From Macrostomum hystrix (Eukaryota; Animalia; Platyhelminthes): a DNA stretch of 64,000 nt. Positions 1 through 12,804 of this stretch are shown here, piece by piece (positions within the stretch are counted from its first letter, which is position 1; each line of letters opens with the position of its first letter). The stretch covers positions 8,494,001-8,558,000 of the forward strand of contig CATNEN010000038.1 of assembly GCA_950097015.1 (NCBI GenBank), read 5' to 3'. Under the pieces are notes generated by a model. That model saw nothing but the letters and a program-made list of their open reading frames with translations. It was not told the origin of the DNA and made no database searches. A program made the position numbers and the translations under genes.

Positions 1-6
1 TGTATT

Positions 7-1053
7 TCAGTGGCAGTTCCAAGGCCAGCTAAGGGCGGCCGCCATCAGCTGGCCGGCCTTCTGTCGAAGCCTCTGCCTCGCGACAATCTGGATGTAGAAT
101 CCCACCGAGCAGTCCACGGACAGCAGGAACACGCCCAGGTAGTAGAGAACCAGCTGGGCTAGCAGCGACTCGTGCTGGCGGCGGAGCTCCCAGACGAAGC
201 GGCCCAACTGGCAGACGGCGAACGCCGCCGTCACGGGAATCAGTACCCGCAGGCCGCCCAGGGTGGACGCGGCTCCTGAGGGTGCTCTCCGGAAGTGAAA
301 CACCCGAGTGGATCCCGGTGGCCGGAAGCTTTCCAGCCGACGAGTCACAGTGACGGCCAGCATGGCGTTGGCAGTCAGGCAGACGACTATCGGCAGCGCA
401 ACGAGCAGGACGCTCTGCAGCAGAGTGTTTAGGCGAAAATCGAAGTCGGTGAAGTCGAAATAGAGTCGCAGCCGGCAGGCTGTGCGGCTGCCCGCTGACT
501 GGACCATCAGCTCGGCCTTGGAGATCAGAGCGATTCTGGTCGCGGCTGCCACGGGTAAGAGCAGCAGCAGGGCGCAGGCAGCCCATGGCAGCAGACGGCA
601 GCCGACGCTGAGCTTCTCTGAGCACTGCGCCAGGCACCAAAGACGGTTCAGCACCGCGCAGCTGGTCAGGCAGAGGCGAGTCGAATCGAGGGCCATCTGC
701 ACCATCGACAGCGGCGTGTGGACGTGCGCGATGTAAACCATCCAGGAGCTCGGCAAGCCAGTGGCGTAAGCAGCCAGGTGCATCCAGCAGTCGTTGGTGT
801 GCAGCGCCAGGGTGACGGCGTCAACCCAGGCCAAGGTGCGCATGATGCGCCAGAACAGCAGCTTTTCGCTGCGCAGCAGGCTGACCAGAAGCATATTCCC
901 GGCTGCGCCAACCAAGAATAGCGCGAGCTGGAGCAGGCACAGACTCGCCATCAGGTAGTCGACGGTCGATGCCGACATGGCCTCGGAGAAGCCGCCGCCG
1001 TCGCCGCCGCCGGTGCAGTTTCCGAGGGCCACGTGGATCCACACTAGGGGCAT
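7..1053 (-). CDS. Divergent rhodopsin-like (class A) 7TM GPCR, peptide-receptor-like orphan, single coding exon, 348 aa
   Basis: Seven hydrophobic segments. TM1 GN (GAAGNMLL), TM2 LAxxD (LAWVD), DRY-equivalent NRL at the end of TM3, ECL2 Cys (TACRL), TM5 LP..N (LPIVVCLTAN), TM6 FAVCQL, TM7 DCSVGFYI followed by a basic helix 8. N-terminal NCT sequon. GC-rich codon usage like the other genes. Confidence 0.8.
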   Translation of the reverse strand: MPLVWIHVALGNCTGGGDGGGFSEAMSASTVDYLMASLCLLQLALFLVGAAGNMLLVSLLRSEKLLFWRIMRTLAWVDAVTLALHTNDCWMHLAAYATGLPSSWMVYIAHVHTPLSMVQMALDSTRLCLTSCAVLNRLWCLAQCSEKLSVGCRLLPWAACALLLLLPVAAATRIALISKAELMVQSAGSRTACRLRLYFDFTDFDFRLNTLLQSVLLVALPIVVCLTANAMLAVTVTRRLESFRPPGSTRVFHFRRAPSGAASTLGGLRVLIPVTAAFAVCQLGRFVWELRRQHESLLAQLVLYYLGVFLLSVDCSVGFYIQIVARQRLRQKAGQLMAAALSWPWNCH

Positions 1054-1610
1054 AGCTTGGTCTTGGAGTCTAGCCTATCCCAACCGCTAAGGGGATGTAG
1101 AGTTAAGCTCTGGGGGTGATTTTATGATACCTGATCTCTTATCTCGAAAGCCACTTTCTGGGCAAAGTTAACAGAGCTTTGCAACCGTTTATCTTCCCGG
1201 CACTGCTCTAATGATTGCCCAGGGCCTTAGCTATTAATAGCGACTCGGGGTGTTAAAATGGGAAACGCAAACACAGGCCACTTAATTTGCTTAGGTCGTT
1301 ATCAACAGCTGGTTAATTGTAGCACAATAATATAATATGTGACAGCACAAAAATATGTCGTCACGCTTGCATCCCAACTAACCACGAGCTAAGACCGAAT
1401 GTCACAGCTGATAGAACTAAATCGATGAGTAACCAAGCAACGACGAACAAATAAACAAAAGAGGAATAAGCGAACCCACAAACAGCGAAAGAGTGAACAA
1501 ACCAAGAAACGAAAAAATGAACTAACGACCAAATAATCAACGGAAAAACGATAGAACAAATAAATCAATACACGATACAACTAGCGAAATAAAGAACGAG
1601 TGAACAAACT

Positions 1611-2148
1611 AACCAATGAATGAAAGGGCGAGTGAACTAAGGAACCAATGAATGAAAGGGCGAGTGAACTAAGGAACCAATGAATGAAAGAACGAGTGAA
1701 CTAAGGAACCAATGAATGAAAGAACGAGTGAACTAAGGAATCAATGAATGAAAGAACGAGTGAACTAAGGAACCAATGAATGAAAGAACGAGTGAACTAA
1801 GGAACCAATGAATGAAAGAACGAGTGAACTAAGGAATCAATGAATGAAAGAACGAGTGAACTAAGGAACCAATGAATGAAAGAACGAGTGAACTAAGGAA
1901 TCAATGAATGAAAGAACGAGTGAACTAAGGAACCAATGAATGAAAGAACGAGTGAACTAAGGAACCAATGAATGAAAGAACGAGTGAACTAAGGAATCAA
2001 TGAATGAAAGAACGAGTGAACTAAGGAACCAATGAATGAAAGAACGAGTGAACTAAGGAATCAATGAATGAAAGAACGAGTGAACTAAGGAACCAATGAA
2101 TGAAAGAACGAGTGAATTAAGGAACCAATGAATGAAAGAGCGAGTGAA
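1611..2148. repeat. 32-bp minisatellite (GAACGAGTGAACTAAGGAACCAATGAATGAAA), ~17 copies
   Basis: Visible tandem period of 32 bp (e.g. 1681 vs 1713). Confidence 0.95.
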
Positions 2149-2161
2149 CATGCGTCCGAGT

Positions 2162-3748
2162 GTATTGCTTTTGTCGCGCTATGTGGAACAGTGGACAGGC
2201 AAAACGGGACGGCCCATCGAATTCTATGGCCGAGCGTTTGAATTCACACGAGACACGAGAAAGTAAGCCATAGACAATTCAGATTGTCATGCTATGTGGA
2301 ACGATGAGCCAGAATAGAAGGAAAGATTTTAGCTTTTCACAGAGACAACAAGACGCTTTCATTTTCTTTCCTTTGATCAGTTAAGCAATAATGGCGCCCC
2401 AAATTGCTGTACGTGATCGACAGCGCATCGTCGCCGCCTTGCACCGTGGACTGTCGATGAAGGATGTGTCAGTCTTGTTAGGAGTATCCAAAACTTCTGT
2501 TCACCGTATTCGGTCAACATTCGAACAAGCTGGCAGGTTGGAAGCTTTGCCTCGTGGAGGACGCATGGAAGCAAACTGCAAAATGGACGCAGAGATGCGA
2601 GATTTTTTACAACATGAGGTGCAGCGAAATCCCTTTCTATCGCTAAAGTCAATGGCTGAGAAGCTGATCGGACGCTTTCCTGACAAGCCGCAGGTGAGCC
2701 TTAAAACAATTGATCGAACAATGGATGGTTTGCTCTTTACGGTCAAACTTGCTACCAAGGGGACAGATATTCGCCTAAACACCAACCGAGTCGAAAGCCT
2801 GGACGCCAGAAGCGAATACGCTAACTTTATGCTCCACTTAGCTCCAGGAGTTCACACTGTCTAATTAGATGAGACCGGTTTTAACTTGTGGACCCGGAGG
2901 TCGCAGGGCAGGTCGGCTCGTGGACACCCAGTGAAGCGCACGGTGACAACCCAGAGGGGTCCTAACGTTACGGTTTGCAGGGCAATTTCGTCGGAGTTCG
3001 GGTTGGTGCATTATGTCATCCAGAGAGGGGCCAAACGCAGCAAAGGTTTCAAGAATTTTTAGACCACCTAGCAGACCGCTGCCATCAACTGGACCCTACC
3101 GGAAACTGGATAATTTTTATAGATGGCCCAAATTTTCATCGTAATGTGGAGATCCGAGAGAACCATCGGGACAGAATTACGACACGAATCCTACCCCCGT
3201 ATTCACCATTTCTAAACCCGACCGAATTTGCTAACTCTGCGTTGAAGTCAAATCTCAAGAACCGTTTGGCGGAAGCCGGCATGGTTGAGGATGAGCAAGT
3301 TCCACCAGAAGGAGTGACACTGAAGCAGTGGAGATTCATGCTACTTGAACGAGAGGCGACTGAAGCTGTTGGTCAAGCAATCACTGCTGACAAGTGCGCT
3401 GGCTGGGAGCTGCGCTGCAATCGATTGTTTGGATTGTGTTTGCAGCGACATCTGCTTTAGGGGTTGAAATTTTTTAACTTTGATGCTTTCATTTCAGACT
3501 TAAAATAAGATTAACTTAAATGCAACTCAGAAAAATGTTCTGTTTCTGCTTGTTTTCATTCTTTCTGCAAATAAAATCTAATCTGGTTCCTTCTACTCTG
3601 GCTCATCGTTCCACATAGCATGACAATTTGAGTTGTCTATGGCTTACTTTCTCGTGTGAATTCAAACGCTTGGCCACAGAATTCCATGGGCCGTTCCGTT
3701 TTGCATGTCCACTGTTCCACAATCCACATAGTGCGACAAAAGCAATGC
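2162..3748 (+). mobile_element. IS630/Tc1/mariner-superfamily DNA transposon (Gambol-like), inactivated, ~1.59 kb
   Basis: Imperfect ~160-bp terminal inverted repeats at 2162-2323 and 3587-3748. TA immediately right of the element (3749-3750); left TA not preserved. Encloses a disrupted DDE transposase. Confidence 0.9.
2391..3460 (+). pseudogene. Transposase pseudogene (HTH + DD33E catalytic domain)
   Basis: N-terminal HTH (SMKDVSVLLGVSKTSVHRI). Premature TAA at 2862-2864 just before LDETGFNLW. The reading continues ...QRGPNVTVCRAIS..., then a frameshift near 3025-3030 leads to IIFIDGPNFH and LPPYSPFLNPTE. 33 residues separate the second D and the E. Confidence 0.9.
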
Positions 3749-4074
3749 TAACAATCGAAAGTAAATAAAGCTCTATAAAAGCATAAATACCCCTGCGTCT
3801 CAGATCTAATGCCACGATGCGTAGTGATTTTTTTCATTGCTGTTGAGCGATGTCTTGACGAAACAGGCTAGTTTGCAGACATGTTTTAAAGCTGTTATGA
3901 GCATATAAGAGCACCTTGTCGTAACATACTATCGCACTAACTTACTATAACACTAGAGAGTGCATGTATGCGATGAACTTCGTGATGCAATTTTCAGAAT
4001 GCGCACATCTGCTGTTCTCAATAGATTATAGTGCAATACCTGAATGTTGCTTTTATAATGGATTAGAGCGAAAC

Positions 4075-4519
4075 GTATGTTCTTCACAGATTAGTACAAT
4101 GGTAAGCCTGTATGTTCTACACAGATTAGTACAATGGTACACCTGTATGTTCTATACAGATTAGTACAATGGTACACCTGTATGTTCTTCACAGATTAGT
4201 ACAATGGTACACCTGTATGTTTTTCACAGATTAGTACAATGGTAAGCCTGTATGTTCTACCCAGATTAGTACAATGGTACACCTGTATGTTCTACACAGA
4301 TTAGTACGATGGTAAGCCTGTATGTTCTAAGCAGATTAGTACGATGGTAAGCCCGTATGTTCTAAACAGATTAGTACGATGGTAAGCCCGTATGTTCTAA
4401 ACAGATTAGTACGATGGTAAGCCCGTATGTTCTAAACAGATTAGTACGATGGTAAGCCTGTATGTTCTAAACAGATTAGTACGATGGTAAGCCTGTATGT
4501 TCTATACAGATTAGTACGA
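4075..4519. repeat. 35-bp minisatellite (CAGATTAGTACAATGGTAAGCCTGTATGTTCTACA)
   Basis: Tandem period of 35 bp (4087 vs 4122). Confidence 0.95.
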
Positions 4520-4572
4520 GCGTAGAGTTAGTAGACAAAGGCTATTAAATTATGAAATAATGCAACGAAATT

Positions 4573-4607
<35 letters not shown>
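4573..4607. repeat. (CAG)n microsatellite, ~11 units
   Basis: Directly visible. Confidence 0.95.
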
Positions 4608-4608
<1 letters not shown>

Positions 4609-5282
4609 GCGACAGTTCAGGTTTCAGTTCTTCTTCAGCAAAGAAGCAAATCTTCAGCAAAGCAATGCCAATCTTCAGAGCCTAATTGTTGCTGAGCTCA
4701 GCAGATCAGACAAGTCAACTGGTTATGCATAGCAATGAAGATGAAAGATTATACAGATGCATAGAGAAAAAGGCCATTAACATAACATTACCGCACGAAT
4801 TTTCAGAGCAAAGCATGCCAACCAACAGAGTCAGTAGTGAAGCTCGTTCACAAAGAACTATATGCTCCTCAGATATATTTGCTAACTTCCAGAAACCTTT
4901 TGATAAGAGTAAAGCATGCCCACAACAGGTCATTGCAGACCGCAGCAGATTAAATGAAATATTTGCACAGTTGTGAATGAAAAATAAAAACCGCTTAAAA
5001 TGGCAAAGCTCAAGCAAGCAATTAACCTGCAACAGCCTTATGTTGCTAAACACATCGAAACTCGGTCAAACCTTGTAACCCAGTAAGTAATATTTTTGTA
5101 CTTTTTACATAATAACATTCATTACAATATTTAATTATCAAAGCTTTGTTCAAGAGAAGATCTAAAAAGTAAAGCGAATTAAGAGTCGATTTGATTCTAG
5201 AAGACTTCCACACTGTTCTACTATAAGTAGCTATTTAAAATCTAAGTGAGAATTTTGCTTCATTCTTCAAGCATTGAACGCT

Positions 5283-8200
5283 TCACGACGATGGCGCTGT
5301 TTGATGCTCAGGCGGCTCCTCTAGCTGCTGCTGCTGCTGACTGGCGGTGGACTGAAGCAGGACCAGGCGGTTGGGATTAAAGTACAGGTTGGAGGATCTG
5401 TACACCAGAGCCCAGATGTAGGGAATGAAGAACTCATCGGGCGAGTCCTCCTCAACGTATTTGTACTTCGGCTCGGGAAATTTCTTAAGCCGGTCTCGGC
5501 GAAAGCATTTGCTCTGGTCCTCGATAACCCGCATGACCCGATGCTCGGACAGCTGCTGCTGCTGCTGCTGCTGCTGAGGGTTTTCACCAGCCAGCGCGGA
5601 TGTGAAATGATGAATAACGGTGCCCAGATTCTGCACAATGTCCTGGAAGGCTGGGTGCGTAGAAAACGGTACATAAAGATCGCGCTGGTGCAGCTGGGTG
5701 TACACCAGGTGCGGGTTCTCGGCTAGCCTGTGGGCCAGGCCATTGTTCACAATCTCCAGCACGCAGCGCATCAGTTCTTCAACCGAGGCGCGGTCGGCCT
5801 CCAATTCAGCCATGTTCTGCGGCTTCTGACGCAGCTCATCAACTAGCTTGCGCTGCTTCTTGGCCAGGTGAGCGAATAGGCCCAGCAGCTTCTGGCAGGC
5901 GTACGGATGCAGGCCGGAGACGTAGGTGGACATGTTGGCCAGGGCGGCCAGGCAGTTTGTGTGCAGGTATTTGTCCCTAGTGCGGCCAACATTGAGCTGC
6001 ACAGTGCGGGCTAATACAATAACCAGCAGGCTGCCAAGGCTGACGGTGCCAAGGTGGCGCTCGGTGAACCAGGAGGACACGCTGGCAGGCTGCAGTTGAA
6101 CTTCATGGATCCTGGCGCAGAATTGTTGACACTCGGTCAGCATCAGTAGGACTATGAGGGCCATGTACACCTGGGGGAATGGCGGCGTAATAAGCCATTG
6201 GCAGTGGAATAAGTTGGTGAAATAGGCAGCAAATATACTATATCAAGCTCAGTTTTCAGGGCACCTGAACGCATTCGACAACATGCTTGTCATCATCAAA
6301 CCACAAACCAAATACTACTCAAACCATATAACACAGAAACTGCTCAAATCAGATACTACTGAAACTACTCAAATCAGATATTTTTCAAGCAAATACTACT
6401 CAAAGCAGATACTACTCAAGCAAATACTACTCAAGCATATACTACTCAAGCACATATTACTCAAGCCGAATACTACTCAAGCAGATACACTCAAGCAGAT
6501 ACTATTCAAAGCAGATACTACTCAAAGCAGATACTACTCAAAGCAGATACTACTCAAAGCAGATACTACTCAGGCAGATACTACTCAAGCAAATACTACT
6601 CAAGCAGATACACTCAAGCAAATACTACTCAAGCAGATACCCTCAAGCAGATACTACTCAAAGCAGATACTACTCAAAGCAGATACTACTCAAGCAGATA
6701 CTACTCAAAGCAGATACTACTCAGGCAGATACTACTCAAGCAAATACTAACAAGCAGATACACTCAAGCAAATACTACTCAAAGCAGATACTACTCAAGC
6801 AGATACTACTCAAGCAGATACTACTCAAGCAGATACTACTCAAAGCAGATACACTCAAGCAAATACACTCAAGCAGATACTACTCAAAGCAGATACTACT
6901 CAAAGCAGATACTACTCAGGCAGATACTACTCAAGCAAATACTACTCAAGCAGATACACTCAAGCAAATACTACTCAAGCAAATACTACTCAAAGCGGAT
7001 ACTACTCAAAGCAGATACACTCAAGCAGCTACACTCAAAGCAGATACTACTCAAGCAGATACTACTCAAGCAGATACAGTCAATCAGATACTACTCAAAG
7101 CAGATACACTCAAGCAAATACTACTCAAGCAGATTCACTCAAGCAGATACTACTCAAAGCGGATACTACTCAAAGCAGATACACTCAAAGCAGATACACT
7201 CAAGCAGCTACTACTCAAAGCAGATACTACTCAAAGCAGATACTACTCAGGCAGATACTACTCAAGCAAATACTACTCAAGCAGATACACTCAAGCAAAT
7301 ACTACTCAAGCAGATACCCTCAAGCAGATACTACTCAAAGCAGATACTACTCAAAGCAGATACACTCAAAGCAGATACACTCAAGCAGCTACACTCAAAG
7401 CAGATACTACTCAAAGCAGATACACTCAAAGCAGATACACTCAAGCAGCTACACTCAAAGCAGATACTACTCAAGCAGATACATTCAAATTTTCTGCTTG
7501 AGTGACTCAAGCAGGCACTACTCAATGTAGATACTACTCGAGCCAGATAGTACTCAAGGCAGCCCAACCTGATGCGAGCTCTTCTGAGCCTCGGCGTGCA
7601 GAGTGCGCAGGATGGGCAATAGCAGGCCAATCAGCTGACCATCCTCGCCGCCCTGCCTGCCAACGTGGCCGCGGAACTGCAGGCCGCCGGCCGAGTGCAG
7701 CAGCAGGTAGAGCATTAACAGAGCCTCGTCCCTAGGCAGCCGGTCGCAGATGGCCTTCAAAAGCTGATCGAAATCCACTCGAAAGCTGACCAGACTGTGG
7801 ACGGCGTCAGGTAAGGCGGGCGATGCGGAGTCGCCCGAGTGAGCGCAGCTAAGCAGCGCGTCTCGATAGGGATTGCGAAACCGCCTGGCTCCCGCACAAT
7901 GATTGGCCAGCACAAGCGACAGTAGGCAGCTCTGATCGGCCAGCAGGCTGGAGCGGAGCTGAGCACGCTGCTCTACAGCCGGGTTGGAGCCATAGCCCAG
8001 AGTCATGACAGACCAGAGACCCGAGGCCAGGCTGTTATAGAGGCCGCCAGAGCCGCCAATATTGACAAGCATTCGGTCCGGAGCTGGCGGCCGCTGCACA
8101 TAGTATTTCAGCAGCACCTCCATAAGGCGAAAGGCGTGCATTGAGCAGCGGCCAGTGTACAGGATCTGGTAGAAGGTGAGCTTCTCTGCCGGCTCGCTGC

Positions 8201-9123
8201 GGTACATCTGCACGCTGAGCAGTACTAGGAGGCAGCAGACACTCTCATAAACAACTGGGAATGTGGCGTCTCCCACCGGAAGGACAACCAGCAGGTGCAC
8301 CAGCGCCTCGATGAGCTCTTCGACCATGGTGGCATCGGCTTCGAATGATGAACTTGACTCAGCCTCGCTGCCGGAGCCTTCATCATCGTCGGCGTTGGAT
8401 TCAGAGTCTTCGAGGTCGCGCTTGCTGACGGCACCAGCGTCGCCGAGATGATGCTGCTGGCGTTGAGTTGAATGCCGCTGCTGAGACAGCCTGCCGGTGT
8501 TTTACCAAAATGTCAGGGGTTCGAATCCGACATAAAGGTGAGAATTTAGTCCTGAAAAAGCCAATTAATACTCGATTCGGTCACAAATTAACGTGGCCTC
8601 ACCGCGAACTTGTACTCGGGAATAAGGGGCACCTGTATTTCTCAGCCTTAATAAATAAAAATCAAACCATAGACTACCTTGACTGCTGCTGTTGCTGCCT
8701 CTCAGGGCAGTGCTCAATATGGCTGAGCAGCATCTCGTCGCTCAGCTGTTCAACCAGGTGTTTTAGAATGCAGCGCGATATAAACAATGCATTGTAGAGC
8801 TGCATTAGGAAAACGTCGCTTTGCCGATTATCCGCCAGAGGCTCCAGCACGAACTGTCGCAAGTTGGAAACCATGGTAACAATGACGCGAAGCAAGCTGT
8901 GCAGATTGCCAGATAGCAAATTGTTAACGGCGAAGCTCTTAAGAAGGCTGGCAGCCTGTTCTTCTAGCAGCTTGGCATCTGTGCTAGTTACAGGAGGCAC
9001 GAATGAATAGCTGAGCAGCTGATTCCAGTAGGGATCGTTGCTGGAGATTGGCTGCTTGCCAGATAAGCGAATCAGATAGTCATTGCTATATAGCTCAGCC
9101 AGAGAGCTGCTGTTTGCTCCCAT
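5283..9123 (-). CDS. DYM: Dymeclin (Golgi protein, Dyggve-Melchior-Clausen syndrome homolog); exons 9123-8678, 8490-7569, 6170-5283; ~751 aa
   Basis: N-terminus MGANSSS (myristoylation) ...ISSNDPYWNQLLSYSF. Internal motifs SLASGLWSVMTLG, SHQ|VYMALIVLLMLTE, RTRDKYLHTNCLAALANMS and LKKFPEPKYKYVEEDSPDEFFIPYIWALV are characteristic of dymeclin. GT-AG introns are phase 2 (8677-8491) and phase 0 (7568-6171) and keep the frame. Confidence 0.95.
6345..7558. repeat. Degenerate 14-17-bp minisatellite (AAGCAGATACTACTC variants) filling DYM intron 2
   Basis: Tandem variants of TCAAGCAGATACTAC running to ~10 bp from the splice donor. Confidence 0.9.
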
Positions 9124-12100
9124 GCTGACTGCAAGGTGCGACAGTTGAGAGAAATAGCTAAATAAGGAAAGGCTAACAGCATATTTTAGAACATAATAAA
9201 TAATAAACAAGTTAATAAACATTTTAACAACAAATAGTCCAAATGTACCATTTCAGATATTGAATCAAATATTTTCATTTTTATAGTGTTGTTTGTGCTA
9301 ATAGAGATGTTAAAGTTCTAGTGGCAAGTCATAAGTGGCAAGTATATTTTCTAAACAATAGATTCCATTGAAAATAAAATTCCATTGATTCCATTGATTG
9401 TCATAGAAACAAAAATGAAATGCATTTATGTGAATTCTTCTATCGATTATCTATTCTATAGCAGCAATCCATTCTCTAGTAGGGCACTTTGGCCTACAAC
9501 TGTCTAACATTGAAGGCAAGCAGTATACTCTCATTCATTCTATTATAAATCCTTTATTTCTCTATTGGTTACTTATTATTGGCCCTTTATTATGTTCTTT
9601 ATGATCTAATATTATGATTTCTATTCTTTTTTGTCTTACCCAAAAAAAATTATAAAAGGCTAACTATGGAGTATAGTCCTTTATTATTAATCTGCCATTT
9701 GCCAAATCAACAAAATGACAGATAAATTGTCTTTTTAAATGGCAGATAAAAAGTACCCAGTATGGATCTCTTTTAATTATAACTAATTGACAAAGTGACA
9801 AAACTATTCAAAATTCATTTGATCTTGAAGCCACTGACAAACAAGTATAGAATTGTTGCATTAGGCCTATAAATTATAGAGGCTAGCAGATTCTAGAACC
9901 AGAATAAGTTCTTGATAAATTATTAGATTATTAAAATATTATTATAAAATTATAAGATAAGATCTTATAAGATTATAATAAATAACAGCTATATACATAC
10001 TATAGCCTACTGGCATGCATTATTGTCCTTTATGTAAGTTTAGATATTTTATATTAGTAATAAATAGTTTTTGTTAAAGAGATTCTTAAATATATAGCTG
10101 AATTGTTGAATTGTTTAGTATTTCAACATTAAGACCTTTGTTTTTAAGAAGAAGGCAGTTTGGCTGGAAAATTTGGGCACACACTGACCTTTGAGTAGTC
10201 CACATTGGCAATAATTATAATTATAATATACTAGAGTAAATAGGCATAGGCAATAAACAAGAAGATTCATAAAAACTGTAGTTAATCTTGTTTTTTAGGT
10301 ATGAAAAAGTATACTGTATTTATTAAAACAATGTAAATTTGTCTTTTTAGTGCCTTTCAATAGTTTAGAAGGTGACCTGCAAGCTGAACTATTTGGGTCT
10401 TCAATGGCTATAGGCATACATTTGTCATATACTTTTACAAGTAAATAAAGTTGACCTACAAACTAGTTTCAACCTGGCTTGAATAGTATAGTTGCTATAT
10501 ACCTGTGATATATGCAAGTGCTAAGTCTCAAGTTACTAAACTATACTAAAAATGAATAAGCCTTGCTTTTAAATAACATTAACCAGCAGTTGTGAAAATC
10601 TGTAATAATATATCCAACATTTCTTATTTAAATAAACCTGTATAATAGTAATTGTACATGCTTGACATAATTTTTTGTTTTAAATTGCATGCAAATATAT
10701 TAGTTTTGTTCATTTAATTTTTATGTTTAGAATTGGCATATTGGCATAGGCCTACACTTTAGCCAGAATTTTGGACTTAGCATAAAAATTTTACAAGGTG
10801 TAGCTCTTAGCATAGGCCCTACAATAAAAAAATAATGTTGTTTGGCCTACACCACCATGATCTGGACTATGGTGCATTGGCCATTGATATCATTTTGTTT
10901 TTCTTCACTTCACTTTTGATAAACTTCATTAAATTTAATTCACATTTTCAAAAACGATTCATTAAAATAATGAAACATATATCATTAAACTAGCCAACAT
11001 CATCATTGTAATGAATGTCATTCATCAAGACTTCATTCTTCTGCCTTTAATGGCACCACACTAGACACAGTGAACAAAAGTTAATGTAATTTTTTTATAA
11101 TCAAAGCTTTATTATACATACAAATAAGCATACAGCCAACATCTTTGTGTTCCTTTCTACTTTGAATTAAATAATTTTAACTGAATTCTACACATTACAA
11201 AGTAAAACTAAAATGTTTCACTTTTTTGCATTAAAGAGGCTATGTTAAAAATTTTACTCACAATTTTTTGCGTATAACTATCACCATAAATAAACTAACG
11301 CGAAAACACAAATCACAGAAATAGATCAGATAAGATCATTTTTCAATGAAGTGAACGGTGTCACTGAAGTGGCTTTTACTGAAGACACTGTTACTGAAGT
11401 GGACGTGGACGTGGCGTTTCTTAGATCGCCTACGCATTTTACTTTTAAAAAGTTTCGGTGAAACAAGCCTGCTAGAACAAATATTGACAATAAGACTGAG
11501 AGCTTACTTAAAACGTGTGCTTATATTGAAGTGCAAAATGTATTTTTGCATTATAAATCAATAATGTATAATACGTACAAAATTGACGTGAAAACACGAG
11601 TTGTTCGACAGTTTTAAAGTTTTCGAAGAAAGAGTTTCTATCAACATGCAAATAAGCGAAATGAAGCAAATTTAACGACAATATTACCAATCGACTTTCT
11701 ACTCAGACATGAAATAATCTTAACATATTGATAAATAAAACTATGATATGAAGATAATGTTCAAGCTCTGGATCTTGTAGTTAGATTAGATGTTAAGGAA
11801 ATGGCAAAGGTTTGATTATTCGTCCGGTTAACCGAGTTATAAGTTATAACTAAGTTATAAGGGGTTGTAGCGCTACCACGAGAACATACATGTGCAACCT
11901 CCCAAATCTTAGCCGGCCGTGCGACTTAGTTTTTGCTCTCATTTGCGACTTAGTTTGTTTCATTGCTCTATTTACGACTTAGTTTGCTCTCATTTGCTCT
12001 CTTTTTCTCTCCCCTTTTTCCTTTTCTTGACGCCTTCCTTTTTTGTCCCTTGGTCCCCCCTTTGATTTTTTTGCGCTTGGTCAATTGGTTTTTGCGACTT

Positions 12101-12804
12101 ACCTTGCTTGGCCCTCGTTTCACCTGGCCGGTTCGGCCGGTTCGGCAGGGTGTTGCGCATGTATGCACAAGAACCTCTATCATTTGTAGGCCTAAGATAA
12201 AATAATTAACAAGCTGCAAAAGGACAGTCATTCAGATTTCGAGTTTGTGTCTCAAATTATTTTCGCTTATCAGCTAATTAAAAAAATTGAAACCTTTTCC
12301 TGATAGCAGAGAAGACTCGAAAAAGCCATAGAACAATACTTTTAAGCGAGCCCCTCAGATTTTTTGCCATGAATTGGCTCGTTTCGTGTCCCGAGGGTTT
12401 TAGTTGTCCCTGTAAATGGTCAATACCAAAAGATATTTATGCTTGTGATTATATATATAGACATTATACTTGTTCAAATAGTACTTATCTATGTATATGA
12501 AAAATAAAACATTTATATCAATTTCCTTTGTATGGACAAGTAAAAAATCTAATTTAGTTTGCATATAATATGACAGATGCTTGTAACATTAAATATGTTT
12601 TTTAATTCAACTGTAAGCAGTTTTCTTAGTGTATTTTTTATCAAGAGAAATGAAGGCAGACTTGTTTTAGGATATGTAACAGGCAACAGCAAAAAAATAC
12701 AAATATGTTACTAAATCATAAAGTTTTTGAAATTTATAACAAATTCAGATTTTTTCAAGTGTTTAAATTAATATTTCAGAATAGACTGTTCCAATCCTTA
12801 AGAA

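Noticed and set aside
9240-12700. Possible non-autonomous transposon in the AT-rich DYM upstream region (recurrent TAGGCCTA; GCGACTTAGTTT repeats at ~11920-11990)
   Set aside because: No termini, target-site duplication or coding remnant could be identified by eye.
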